Below, piece after piece: positions 8,188 through 17,497 of a DNA stretch of 48,759 bases. The stretch's first letter is position 1, and each line of letters opens with the position of its first letter. Location of the stretch: NCBI GenBank assembly GCA_031268375.1, contig JAIRXJ010000028.1:1-48759 (forward strand), read 5' to 3'. The notes under the pieces are model-generated. The model was not told where the DNA came from, did not search any database, and was given only the letters and a program-made list of their open reading frames with translations. A program made the position numbers and the translations under genes. The DNA is from Puniceicoccales bacterium. GTDB taxonomy: Bacteria > Verrucomicrobiota > Verrucomicrobiia > Opitutales > JAIRKQ01.

Positions 8188-9516
8188 ATGAGCTTGGGTC
8201 GCTATTTTAACTATGATTCTATTGTGGAATTGTTCAGTTCATCTTTTAAAGATGCTATGGGTGAAATACTGTCGACTAGTAGTCTTGGAGGAAATGCTGA
8301 TGAAATTGTTTCGAAATTGGAAGCCAAGGAAAGCGAAAATACGTCCTACATAGGCAATAGAATTGCCATCTCCTATTTGTGTTTAGACTTTCCATCTCCC
8401 TGTGAAATATGCATTGGATGGTCCAAAAATGGAATAAGGTCTGGTTTCTCAAGTGTGGGAGAATATGTACGTATTGTCGCTTTGCTGTTGGTGTCGAAAA
8501 GAGAGCATAATTTTTTAAAAATCATTGCCGATCTGGTAAATTTTTTCCAAAAACCATCAGTCACTAAGCTTTTGCAGAAGGCAGAAACATTTGAAACGTT
8601 TAAAACTACTCTGATAGATTCGTTAAAAAATATCGGGAAAAAAGCTAAATTTGTTCAAATAGATCCCAATGAAATTTTTCTGAGAAATGCCGTCGAAATT
8701 GCACGACAGTCGCAATGTACAAATATTATGTTATTTGGTGACATTGATCTTAGCAACATCGACATAGAAGAAGTTTTTAGTGGGATAGGACTAGTAAATA
8801 TCATACAAAGCGAATCCGATTCGAGCAGTATTATCTACGATTCCCATGTGGAGTTTCGCATTAATGCAATACCAACAAACTGGATCCGTGGTTTTAGGGG
8901 AATAATTCTACTGGGCATAGCAAAAAAAATCCTCCGCCACGATTCAAAAGTTTGCTGCGTTGGGAGTAATACAATTCCAAATATTTTGGATACGCTATTC
9001 ATAGTCGATGTTCAAAATGAATTTCATCAGGTCATTTCCTCCGATGCAAAATTTCTACAAGATGATATAAAACCTGAGGTATTGGAACGTGTGTTATCAA
9101 TCGCCATGGAAATTGCCATTGAAGGGAGGGAAGGGAAAGCCGTTGGTTGTCTATTTGTCATTGGGGACATCGACAAGATTTCCCTGTACATGAAGCCGCT
9201 CGTTTGTAACCCATTCTATGGCTATCCAGAGTCCGAACGGAATATTTTCAATCCATTCATGGATGAAACCATCAAAGAATTTTCTTTGATAGATGGAGCC
9301 TTTGTAATCCACGGAAATGGCATAATAGAATCCGCAGGAACGTTGATTTATACGCCAAATCATAATGTCGTCATGCCCGGAGGATTTGGAACAAGACATA
9401 CCGCCGCTGCGTCAATATCAAGCGTAGCCGAATGTATTGCCATCGCTGTATCTGAAAGCACACGAGCGGTAACACTATTCAAAAGTGGACAAATGTTGCA
9501 GGTAATGCAAAAGTAG
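8188..9516 (+). CDS. Soluble diadenylate cyclase (DAC/DisA_N domain) with N-terminal PTS EIIA type-2-like domain
   Basis: C-terminal DAC motifs LIDGAFVI, GFGTRHTAAASIS, AVSESTRAVTLF. N-terminal KESENTSYIGNRIAISY ... VRIVALLLVSKREHNFLKIIADLVNFF matches the EIIA(Ntr)/PTS_EIIA_2 pattern. No TM helices. Confidence 0.8.
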   Translation: MSLGRYFNYDSIVELFSSSFKDAMGEILSTSSLGGNADEIVSKLEAKESENTSYIGNRIAISYLCLDFPSPCEICIGWSKNGIRSGFSSVGEYVRIVALLLVSKREHNFLKIIADLVNFFQKPSVTKLLQKAETFETFKTTLIDSLKNIGKKAKFVQIDPNEIFLRNAVEIARQSQCTNIMLFGDIDLSNIDIEEVFSGIGLVNIIQSESDSSSIIYDSHVEFRINAIPTNWIRGFRGIILLGIAKKILRHDSKVCCVGSNTIPNILDTLFIVDVQNEFHQVISSDAKFLQDDIKPEVLERVLSIAMEIAIEGREGKAVGCLFVIGDIDKISLYMKPLVCNPFYGYPESERNIFNPFMDETIKEFSLIDGAFVIHGNGIIESAGTLIYTPNHNVVMPGGFGTRHTAAASISSVAECIAIAVSESTRAVTLFKSGQMLQVMQK

Positions 9517-9582
9517 TATCATTTCCATAAGGCTACGACCATATGTGGGGATCAAAAAAACGATGTAAGTCGGACTGAATGG

Positions 9583-11238
9583 TTATGGGATTAGCTGTAC
9601 TGCTTCCTCAATCGTAGTCAATCCTCGACATGCACGTGCGAAAGCATCCTGGGCTAGAAATGTCATTCCATCGGCGATAGCAATGGCACGGATTTCAGAT
9701 TCCGATGCACCATTGACGATGGCTTCGTGAATTTTTTCACTCATACCGAGAGTTTCGAAAACTGCCATTCGGCCACGGAATCCGATGCCATTACAGTGTT
9801 CGCATCCCACAGCTTCCATTAATTTTGCGCCGGCAGGTACTGCTGGAACATTGAAAAGGCAACGTAACCTTTCCAATTCATCGGGCGTGTTGAGTTTTTC
9901 TGATTCCCTGGCACAATGTGGGCATAGCCTGCGAACAAGCCTTTGGGCACATACCATTTCTACGGCAGATGCAATCATGTAGTACTCTATGCCGATATCT
10001 TTTAGCCGGGTTATGGACCCCACCGCATCATTTGTGTGTAGGGTGCTTAGGACTAGGTGTCCTGTAACTGCCGCACGAATTGCAATATCTCCAGTCTCGG
10101 AGTCTCTAATTTCTCCCAACATAATAACATCAGGATCCTGACGCAATATGGAACGCAATATGCTGGCGAAAGTTAGCCCTATTTCTGAATGTACCTGTGC
10201 TTGATTAGCACCAGCAATTTCATATTCAACGGGATCCTCAACGGTTATTAGACGGGTCGTTGGGGAATAGACATGGCGTAAAAAAGCACTAAGCGTCGTT
10301 GACTTTCCGGAACCCGTTGGTCCAGTAACTAGAACTATTCCATGCGGCTTACTCAATGCTTTTTCTGCCACTTTAAATTGATACCCTGTCATGTCTAAAT
10401 CACGCAGGGAGACTGGAGCACCACCTCCTTGCCTTAGTAACCTAAGGCTGATGCTTTCTCCATGTACAACAGGTAGCGTAGATATGCGAATGTCGATAAT
10501 ATCCTTGCCCTCCCTGAATGAAATTTTACCGTCCTGCGGACGACGTTTTTCCGAAATATTCAGAGATGCCATAATTTTTAGGCGTGAAATAATTGCTGCC
10601 TGAAATTTCACCAAATTCTCGGGAACACGTACGGCAACCAAATCACCATCTATTCGATACCTTACTTGCAAAAAATTTCTTTGTGGTTCGAAATGAATAT
10701 CTGTAGCTCGCGACTTTAATGCTCGACGAATAACATCATTTACAAATTTCACAACAGCTGCCTCATCTTCGTCTTTGCCTTCATTTTCTTGTTGTGTGGT
10801 TGTCACGTCAACAAAACGTTCTTCCTCGGAAGAAAGACCAAAATGGATAGCCAATTCTCCCGTTATTTCGGATGGTATCCCCAGGCATATTTCCGGATAA
10901 TGCCCAGAAAACATTTCGATTTGTCGGCAAATTTTTTCTTCCAGCGGCCAACAGCTTATCACACAAAATTTACCTTCACCCGTCACATCGCTAATTGGCA
11001 AGATGCCATAGGCATTCAAAAATTCTGCAGGATATATGTCAATGTATGACTTATCAAATTGGAATTGTTCTAGGAATGGAATTTCTAAATTTTCGGCTAA
11101 CCAGATAATTGCCTGTTTTTCGTCTTCGCAGCACAACACTTTTGATAAAACTTCCACACGTCTTTGGATAGGTGCTGACATAATCTTGTCAAAATTTTCT
11201 TTTCCCAATTCGGACAATTTTTCAGAAAGAATATCCAT
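9583..11238 (-). CDS. gspE: Type II secretion / type IV pilus family ATPase GspE
   Basis: T2SSE_N-like N-terminus, Walker A GPTGSGKST, Walker B IMLGEIRD, His box TGHLVLSTLHTND, tetracysteine CPHC...CEHC. Confidence 0.92.
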   Translation of the reverse strand: MDILSEKLSELGKENFDKIMSAPIQRRVEVLSKVLCCEDEKQAIIWLAENLEIPFLEQFQFDKSYIDIYPAEFLNAYGILPISDVTGEGKFCVISCWPLEEKICRQIEMFSGHYPEICLGIPSEITGELAIHFGLSSEEERFVDVTTTQQENEGKDEDEAAVVKFVNDVIRRALKSRATDIHFEPQRNFLQVRYRIDGDLVAVRVPENLVKFQAAIISRLKIMASLNISEKRRPQDGKISFREGKDIIDIRISTLPVVHGESISLRLLRQGGGAPVSLRDLDMTGYQFKVAEKALSKPHGIVLVTGPTGSGKSTTLSAFLRHVYSPTTRLITVEDPVEYEIAGANQAQVHSEIGLTFASILRSILRQDPDVIMLGEIRDSETGDIAIRAAVTGHLVLSTLHTNDAVGSITRLKDIGIEYYMIASAVEMVCAQRLVRRLCPHCARESEKLNTPDELERLRCLFNVPAVPAGAKLMEAVGCEHCNGIGFRGRMAVFETLGMSEKIHEAIVNGASESEIRAIAIADGMTFLAQDAFARACRGLTTIEEAVQLIP

Positions 11239-11268
11239 AAAATTTAATTCTCCATTACAGCTTGTGGA

Positions 11269-11664
11269 TTATTTAATAATAATGCCCAATCCGTTTAAAT
11301 CGTTTAAAGTATTTTTCAGTTTAACCGAAAAGCTTTTTCCATCGGATGTGTGAAAATATAGCGTTTTATTACGTTCATCGAAGGAATCTATCACCATTTG
11401 AGTACGACCATCTCCCTGCCTGACCCATTTACACCTATCACTCATAGGATTATATATGTTAAACATCCTAACACCATCCCTAATCAATATTCCTCGAAGT
11501 TCGTAATTAATTTCAATGTCACCTGCTTTCTTTTTTGATCTACCAGTAGGCGATGAGACTTGTCCAACAAATGGGGAGTTCGCTATGAGCGACTCAAAAT
11601 TTTCACCCATGAGGTACGGTGGAAAAAACAACGCGAGGACTAATATTAATTTTGTTAATGGCAT
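11269..11664 (-). CDS. Small signal-anchored protein, GspC HR-domain/PilP-like (tentative)
   Basis: N-terminal hydrophobic anchor LILVLALFFPPYL followed by YELRGILIRDGVRMFNIYNP...KWVRQGDG...VIDSFDERNKTLYF, which resembles the beta-sandwich secretin-binding module of GspC/PilP. It lies between gspD and gspE and has a good SD (AAGGGGA). Confidence 0.4.
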   Translation of the reverse strand: MPLTKLILVLALFFPPYLMGENFESLIANSPFVGQVSSPTGRSKKKAGDIEINYELRGILIRDGVRMFNIYNPMSDRCKWVRQGDGRTQMVIDSFDERNKTLYFHTSDGKSFSVKLKNTLNDLNGLGIIIK

Positions 11665-11675
11665 AATGTTCCCCT

Positions 11676-13793
11676 TTATGAGTTTCTAGGACGAAATTTT
11701 TTGCTACCTTGCCTTTCATTGATCAAAGGTCTACTTGCTTCCCCAATGACATCTGTTTTTGGATTAGATGCTTTGGTTGTTGTTGTTGTTGTCCTTTGGC
11801 GATGTCTTGCCGTGTGTTTTGTAGAATTGTTGTCATCTGAAGATTTAGTACCTCCCGATTGTCTAACGACATGGGTACCCGTACTGGATAACTTTGCCGG
11901 TAATGCTTCTTCTTCCGATGTTAAATCTACAGCATCTTTTGAATCTGTTTCTTCCGCTTCGCATTTGCATTTATTTCCACATTCGCATTTCTTTGAATTG
12001 TTTTCCTCAGGAGGTATTTGGCCGTAATCAACGAATGGGTCTCCCAATGTTCCTTTTGGAAATTGCATAGCTGGCAAAAATTTCCCCGTTCTGTCATAGT
12101 GCTCTATTTCCGGCTGCAATTCTGACCCATCAAGCGTCCGTTTGGCAAACGCTTTTTCACTTGCTGGGTTTGAAATGATGGTAGGTTTGATAAAGATGAT
12201 CAGTTCCGTGTTTTCCTCATTGACACCTTTTGGAGCAAACAACCAATTTCCGATCACAGGGATATCTCCCAGTAACCACAATTTGCCACTGACCTTGGTG
12301 TTCTTCTTTTGTTGTAATCCAGCCAGTATAACCGTATCTCCATCGTATACGCTCACAAATGATACGGCTTCACTTTTCGACATTGAAGGCATCTTGTTGT
12401 GGTTGATCTCTACATCCTCTTTTTTGTCTTCAATTTTTTGACTGATTTCAAGCTGTATTACGCCATTTATCCCAATTAGTGGCTTAACCTGTAATTCGAT
12501 ACCCACATCCTTATATTCAATGGTACTTTTAATTGCCGTAGTGGCTGCTCCATTTGAATCGGAAATGTCGGATTTTACGACGGGAAGTGAATCAACAATT
12601 TTCACCAGCGCCTGCCGATTATGGGTTGTTACAATCGTTGGAGCCGATAAAATTTTCACGTGGGAATCGCTACGAGCTTTGTTGAAAATTGTATTCAGTG
12701 CGAAATTCTTTATGGTGCCATCTATACTAAGCGGCGTTGCCATGGCGCCTACTTTAGAGATGTCTACATCTATTGTTGGGTTAAAATGTTTATTTGTTGC
12801 AGCATTCACCATATTGCTAATTCCCAAAGACTCTAACCCTGAAGCCTGTCCTTTCGTAAGGGTAACCTTGGCAATGACCACTTCGATCCTGACCTGATCC
12901 AACAACACGTCTATTTGGTTGATTATCGATTCGACAAGTTCGATATCCTTCGAAGTTCCACAGGTAATCACGGCATTGCTGCGAGTGTCATGTTCAATGG
13001 TTAAATTTTTTGAAAACTGAAAAGATGACATATTTTCCAATGTGCGCAGATGCTCCGTAGAGTCATTGGAAGTGTTACCAGATTCCTTATTTCGTGTATT
13101 TAGCTGTCCCTTGATAACTTTATTTAAGAGATCAGCAATTTCTTTGGCATCACCATGTTTTATGCGAAATATTTTCGAATCGAGGACGGAATGTTTTGGA
13201 ATATCTACCCTGCTAAGTATTAGCTCCATGCGTTGCAAATTGGCTATGGAATCCGTTATTAGCATGGAATTGGAATCGCTGAATACTATGGCCGATGCTA
13301 TCTCTGGGTTTAGCAGATTGGTTATTAATTTTGAAAATTCATCAACCGACAAGTGGTGCAATTGAAAAATTTTGGAACAAATCTTTTCGCTGGGAGCCAC
13401 ATCTAGCAATGAATAATCCACAAAAAATGGGGATTGTGTGGGTGCGGATTTCATGCTAACGGCTTTCAATAATCCATCTCCGAGTTCCACTATCGCGATA
13501 TGATTTATCGCTAGCACACTTTCGATGGCCCGTATTGCCTCTTCCTTGCTGATTTCTTTCCGAATTTGCAAGTTTATTAGAACATTCCCCAGTTTGCTAT
13601 CCTGTAGGACTGCTTTGCCTGTTAATTCCTCTATAATATATAGGACCTGAGACAATGGAGCATCTGATAGTGCTATACTTTTTACGATGGCGTCTTCAGT
13701 CTGAAAGGCTTCTTCTGCGTCTTCCTCTTCTTCGGCATACATGAATGGTATGCACAAAACTAAAAGAACGAATATTAGTATATGCTTTTTCAT
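11676..13793 (-). CDS. gspD: Type II secretion system secretin GspD with extended C-terminal tail
   Basis: Signal peptide MKKHILIFVLLVLCIPFMYA, N0-N3-like repeats, and a secretin core (VKILSAPTIVTTHNRQALV ... LLGDIPVIGNWLF ... ELIIFIKPTII). A 162-aa low-complexity tail follows. Confidence 0.92.
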   Translation of the reverse strand: MKKHILIFVLLVLCIPFMYAEEEEDAEEAFQTEDAIVKSIALSDAPLSQVLYIIEELTGKAVLQDSKLGNVLINLQIRKEISKEEAIRAIESVLAINHIAIVELGDGLLKAVSMKSAPTQSPFFVDYSLLDVAPSEKICSKIFQLHHLSVDEFSKLITNLLNPEIASAIVFSDSNSMLITDSIANLQRMELILSRVDIPKHSVLDSKIFRIKHGDAKEIADLLNKVIKGQLNTRNKESGNTSNDSTEHLRTLENMSSFQFSKNLTIEHDTRSNAVITCGTSKDIELVESIINQIDVLLDQVRIEVVIAKVTLTKGQASGLESLGISNMVNAATNKHFNPTIDVDISKVGAMATPLSIDGTIKNFALNTIFNKARSDSHVKILSAPTIVTTHNRQALVKIVDSLPVVKSDISDSNGAATTAIKSTIEYKDVGIELQVKPLIGINGVIQLEISQKIEDKKEDVEINHNKMPSMSKSEAVSFVSVYDGDTVILAGLQQKKNTKVSGKLWLLGDIPVIGNWLFAPKGVNEENTELIIFIKPTIISNPASEKAFAKRTLDGSELQPEIEHYDRTGKFLPAMQFPKGTLGDPFVDYGQIPPEENNSKKCECGNKCKCEAEETDSKDAVDLTSEEEALPAKLSSTGTHVVRQSGGTKSSDDNNSTKHTARHRQRTTTTTTKASNPKTDVIGEASRPLINERQGSKKFRPRNS

Positions 13794-13802
13794 ATTTTTA
13801 TC

Positions 13803-14333
13803 CTATTCCGTATCCAAAATTGAAATAATACAATACGCACTCAACAATTGCCCCTGGGCAGTTATTTGTATTTCTGATATGGCAATATTACTATCCAGTG
13901 CTTCTATTTTGTCAGAAAATGCAACTATTCCAGAAAGAGGTATTCCTTCGAATGAAACTTTGCAGCGATGAATTGTCAGTTGATCGATGTGTCCCTCTTT
14001 TACCTCTGTAAGTATATAATTAGCGCCAGTTTTAGCCGCTATTTTTTCGATGGAAGCTACAACTTTTGGTAAATTTTGTTTTTTGTAACCCGTACCTGAT
14101 TTGGCGAAGGCTCTTAGGTTTTTTTCTATGGTGGCCGATTGGGAAAGCCAAACTTTTTGTCCGTCGTATAGGGAATGTATTTGGCGTATTTTTTTAGGGA
14201 AGGACATCACCAAAATAGCCGATAAACATACAAATACCAGAGATATTAATCCCAATAGGGAAATGGAAATTGTTTTTTGCTTTATCGGCAACAGTCGAAA
14301 TTGCTGCAAAATACTGGTTATATCTATTTTCAC
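13803..14333 (-). CDS. Bitopic inner-membrane assembly-platform protein, GspM/PilO-like (tentative)
   Basis: Short cytoplasmic N-terminus, one TM (ISISLLGLISLVFVCLSAILVM), and a ~125-aa periplasmic alpha/beta region. GTG start 2 nt after the upstream stop. The position in the secretin operon supports the call. Confidence 0.42.
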   Translation of the reverse strand: MKIDITSILQQFRLLPIKQKTISISLLGLISLVFVCLSAILVMSFPKKIRQIHSLYDGQKVWLSQSATIEKNLRAFAKSGTGYKKQNLPKVVASIEKIAAKTGANYILTEVKEGHIDQLTIHRCKVSFEGIPLSGIVAFSDKIEALDSNIAISEIQITAQGQLLSAYCIISILDTE

Positions 14334-14335
14334 AA

Positions 14336-15301
14336 TTATAAATATTCTACTTCAAGATTAAAAGTTGTTCCTTTGGACGATGAAGAAACGCTGGGCGTTG
14401 ATACCAAACATATGGAAGATTCTTTTTTTAGATTTTCCACAAACAGATTTAGTGTGGCAATCGAATCACACATTCCAACGAACTTCATAGCTTTAGGGCT
14501 GCTCATTGTAAATTGACTAAAAAATAGTTGGGCTGGTCGAATTTTATTTATTGCATCCAACCGTTTGAAATACAGGGCCTTCCCTTCGGAAAAAACGCAA
14601 ATCTCATCGTATAATTTTTTGCGCTCAATTATTTGAGCAACCTTAGATTCTCTTTTTTCTAACATTGAGTGTCGCAATTTAATTGAAGAACGTACCATCA
14701 GCAAAACAACTACTAACATGAACAAAACAGATGTTACGGAAACCAGGGGAGAAATTATCTTTTTGCACCAACCATTTAAATTTTCAACTTTTCTAGCAAT
14801 GCTTTTTTCTTGCTGTTCGTGCATTTCGGCACTCCAAAAATCTTCGGAGAAAAGATCGAGTTTATTGCCTTGTACTTCTAGACTGCCATCTTCACTAACA
14901 TCAATGGTAGTACACCTTTCGTCGGTCTTAGTTATGGGGACACCATTGGCATTTTCTCGGCAAAATCTTTCCGGAAGCCAATAGGTACAAGTTTTTAAAT
15001 GGGGTATTTCTCCCAGGACTCGACTTTTAGAAGCAACAAAAATTGTTACATGATTCTTGTCTTGATTTGTAAAAAAGCCAGAAATTATTTTCTGTTTGTC
15101 TACGGGGAAAGCGTTTTCTATGGCCATTTGAGCCATGCTGTTAATTTCCTCCTTTTGTAGGGTTCCCTTGGGCAGTTTGAGCTCATCGAAGAAAAAATAT
15201 TCATCGGGAATAAGTGCTACCACTGGTTTGGTTGTGGTCTTTTTGTCAAGATCCCATACTTTGAAAAAATCACTGAGTGCATATCCCATTGTTTGGGTCA
15301 T
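14336..15301 (-). CDS. Bitopic assembly-platform protein, GspL / fused PilM-PilN-like (tentative)
   Basis: A ~180-aa cytoplasmic domain, a central TM (IISPLVSVTSVLFMLVVVLLMV), a coiled segment and a C-terminal ferredoxin-like periplasmic domain. It is the first gene of the secretin operon. Confidence 0.4.
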   Translation of the reverse strand: MTQTMGYALSDFFKVWDLDKKTTTKPVVALIPDEYFFFDELKLPKGTLQKEEINSMAQMAIENAFPVDKQKIISGFFTNQDKNHVTIFVASKSRVLGEIPHLKTCTYWLPERFCRENANGVPITKTDERCTTIDVSEDGSLEVQGNKLDLFSEDFWSAEMHEQQEKSIARKVENLNGWCKKIISPLVSVTSVLFMLVVVLLMVRSSIKLRHSMLEKRESKVAQIIERKKLYDEICVFSEGKALYFKRLDAINKIRPAQLFFSQFTMSSPKAMKFVGMCDSIATLNLFVENLKKESSICLVSTPSVSSSSKGTTFNLEVEYL

Positions 15302-15592
15302 TGTAATAATTGTAACAATCTGTCAATGTTTTTCGAAAAATTTTATTCAATTTAAATTATTTCATCAAAAATATCAAATATATATATAGATCGGCAGAGG
15401 TTTCATTCCATACTTTTAATGGCCCTTGATGGAATTTTATAGGAATTTCCGTGTTAACTTATGTTAAAAAAAACCAAATCGCGACCAAATGCCATTATTT
15501 TTACATATTACCATTGACTTTTTTAAAATTCGATATAAATAACAAATATAAATCAAGAAAGATTAGAAAGTTTCAAAAATAAACTGTTGGAG

Positions 15593-16453
15593 ATGGTGCA
15601 TGACAACATAACAGTCGTTGATATCGGTAGTGGTTCCATGAAAGCTTCTGTGTTTACCTGCACCCAAAATTCGGTAGCACCTCTGGGTGGAATCTCCCGA
15701 GGATTTAGGCTGTGTTCACAAATGGGAGCGAATATTTCCGACAATAAAATCAAGGTCACTACGGGTTTTTTTGAAGAGGTTTTGGCACTTGCCTATGAGC
15801 ACCATTCAACAAAAATAATTGCCGTTGCCACCCAAGCTGCTAGAAAAGCCGCAAACTTCTCCAGATTGCAGAAGAAAATTTTTAAAAAAACAGGGATTAA
15901 CCTACACGTTATTAGCGGGACAGAAGAAGCCACACTAACAGCAAAAAGTGCGCGGCATCTAACGGAATTGGAAAAATTTATTTCTTTCGACATTGGGTGT
16001 GGTAGCGTGGAAGTAGCAGAATTCGACAAAGTTTTGCAAAATACTTGGAGCCTACCGATCAGCACACTCGACTTGGCCAAAGTGCATAATACTGAAACGA
16101 CACAGGAAGCTATAAAAAATATATTAAATACATTACCCGTGCATACTAGAAACATGGTGGGGTATGAACTGGTTGGTAGCGGGGGAACTTTAAAAATTGC
16201 AAGTATACTGATTAACGGGAAAACACGAAACTTTATCACCCATGATGAAGTTCGAAGTTTGTTCAATATACTGAAGGATAAAACAAAGGAAGAACGCATT
16301 GCCTACGGTGTTTCAAAAAGTCGTGCGGATATTTTGCCCTTTGGGCTGCTAATAATTTCACAAATTATGCAGCATGTGGGGAAAGATAAAGTATTTTTGA
16401 CATCCGGAAGTTTGCGTATTAGTCTAGCCCTTGAGTATTTTAGAATGATATAA
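15593..16453 (+). CDS. Ppx/GppA family phosphatase (short form, actin-like ATPase domains only)
   Basis: VVDIGSGSMKA matches the DxGSNS phosphate-1 motif; FDIGCGSVE and VGSGGT are also present. There is no C-terminal HD-like domain. ATG at 15593 is preferred over TTG at 15587. The stop overlaps the rluD start (TAATG). Confidence 0.72.
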   Translation: MVHDNITVVDIGSGSMKASVFTCTQNSVAPLGGISRGFRLCSQMGANISDNKIKVTTGFFEEVLALAYEHHSTKIIAVATQAARKAANFSRLQKKIFKKTGINLHVISGTEEATLTAKSARHLTELEKFISFDIGCGSVEVAEFDKVLQNTWSLPISTLDLAKVHNTETTQEAIKNILNTLPVHTRNMVGYELVGSGGTLKIASILINGKTRNFITHDEVRSLFNILKDKTKEERIAYGVSKSRADILPFGLLIISQIMQHVGKDKVFLTSGSLRISLALEYFRMI

Positions 16454-17382
16454 TGGTAGGCGATGAACAAACAATCGTAGTTTCGGACAAAGACAAAGGG
16501 AAAAGAATCGATAGATTTTTGAGCGAAATTTTTCAGAATGTTAGTCGTACGCAATTAAAAAAATCTTTCGACGGAGGCTTAGTTTTCATCAAAGGGGTAT
16601 CCATACCTGGGAAGTATGTTTTACGTGGGCAAGAATTAATAACTCTGCGACTGATTCTTCCCGATGACATCACGCTTAATCCGGTCCCTATGCCACTGGA
16701 CATACTTTTCGAAGATGAGGACATTATCGTTATCAATAAATCGGCTGGCATTGTGGTCCACGTGGGCAATGGGACGTCAGCTCCAACCTTGGTCGAAGGA
16801 ATTTTATCACACTGCCGATTGGGTGGATCTGGGAATCCCCTACGACCGGGGGTTGTTCACAGACTAGATAAGGATACGAGTGGAGCGATAATTTTCACTA
16901 AAACGGACAGGGCATATCTGCAGTTGATAAAAATGTTCGCAACGCGTAAAATTAAAAAAACATACCAAACGATTGTTTGTGGAACATTTACCAAAAGCTT
17001 TGGGGAGATTCGTCTGCCGATCCAAAGGGATAGATTCGTACGAACCAAAATGGCAGCCTCGACAGGTGGCAAAGAGGCCATTAGCAGATGGCATATGCTG
17101 AAATCTTTTGGACAGCAATTTACCCATTTGCAGGTGGGTATTTTAACCGGACGAACACATCAAATTCGAGTACATATGGCGGCCATACGCCACCCCATAC
17201 TCGGAGATACAACCTATGGGTATGACAAAAATTTCTCAAAATTGGTGGTCTCTCCTCGGCCAATGTTACACGCTTCGGAAGTGATTTTTGACCACCCGTG
17301 CACCGGGAAAACAATTTCCATAAAAGCACAATTGCCTCCGGATTTTGTGCAGGTCCTCCAGCTGCTGTCGGAAAATTTTTAA
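16453..17382 (+). CDS. rluD: 23S rRNA pseudouridine synthase, RluA/RluD family
   Basis: N-terminal S4 domain (RIDRFLSE...SRTQLKK), catalytic HRLDKDTSG, and GRTHQIRVHMA. Confidence 0.9.
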   Translation: MVGDEQTIVVSDKDKGKRIDRFLSEIFQNVSRTQLKKSFDGGLVFIKGVSIPGKYVLRGQELITLRLILPDDITLNPVPMPLDILFEDEDIIVINKSAGIVVHVGNGTSAPTLVEGILSHCRLGGSGNPLRPGVVHRLDKDTSGAIIFTKTDRAYLQLIKMFATRKIKKTYQTIVCGTFTKSFGEIRLPIQRDRFVRTKMAASTGGKEAISRWHMLKSFGQQFTHLQVGILTGRTHQIRVHMAAIRHPILGDTTYGYDKNFSKLVVSPRPMLHASEVIFDHPCTGKTISIKAQLPPDFVQVLQLLSENF

Positions 17383-17497
17383 TCATTTTTCGTTCACGCA
17401 ATTGGCTGAGTTTGAAATGTAAAATGCAGAAGGTTGAAAAGTTAGGAATCTTTTACTTGCATACATATTTTTGATTTTTAGCATCCAGGAACCTATT

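Noticed and set aside
15302-15592. AT-rich 290-bp divergent region with an (AT)5-6 microsatellite and a TTGACT box (15514..15519), considered as a promoter or regulatory element
   Set aside because: No -10 hexamer lies at acceptable spacing from the TTGACT box, and nothing distinguishes the AT tract from background AT-richness. It is probably where the ppx and secretin-operon promoters lie, but I cannot place them.
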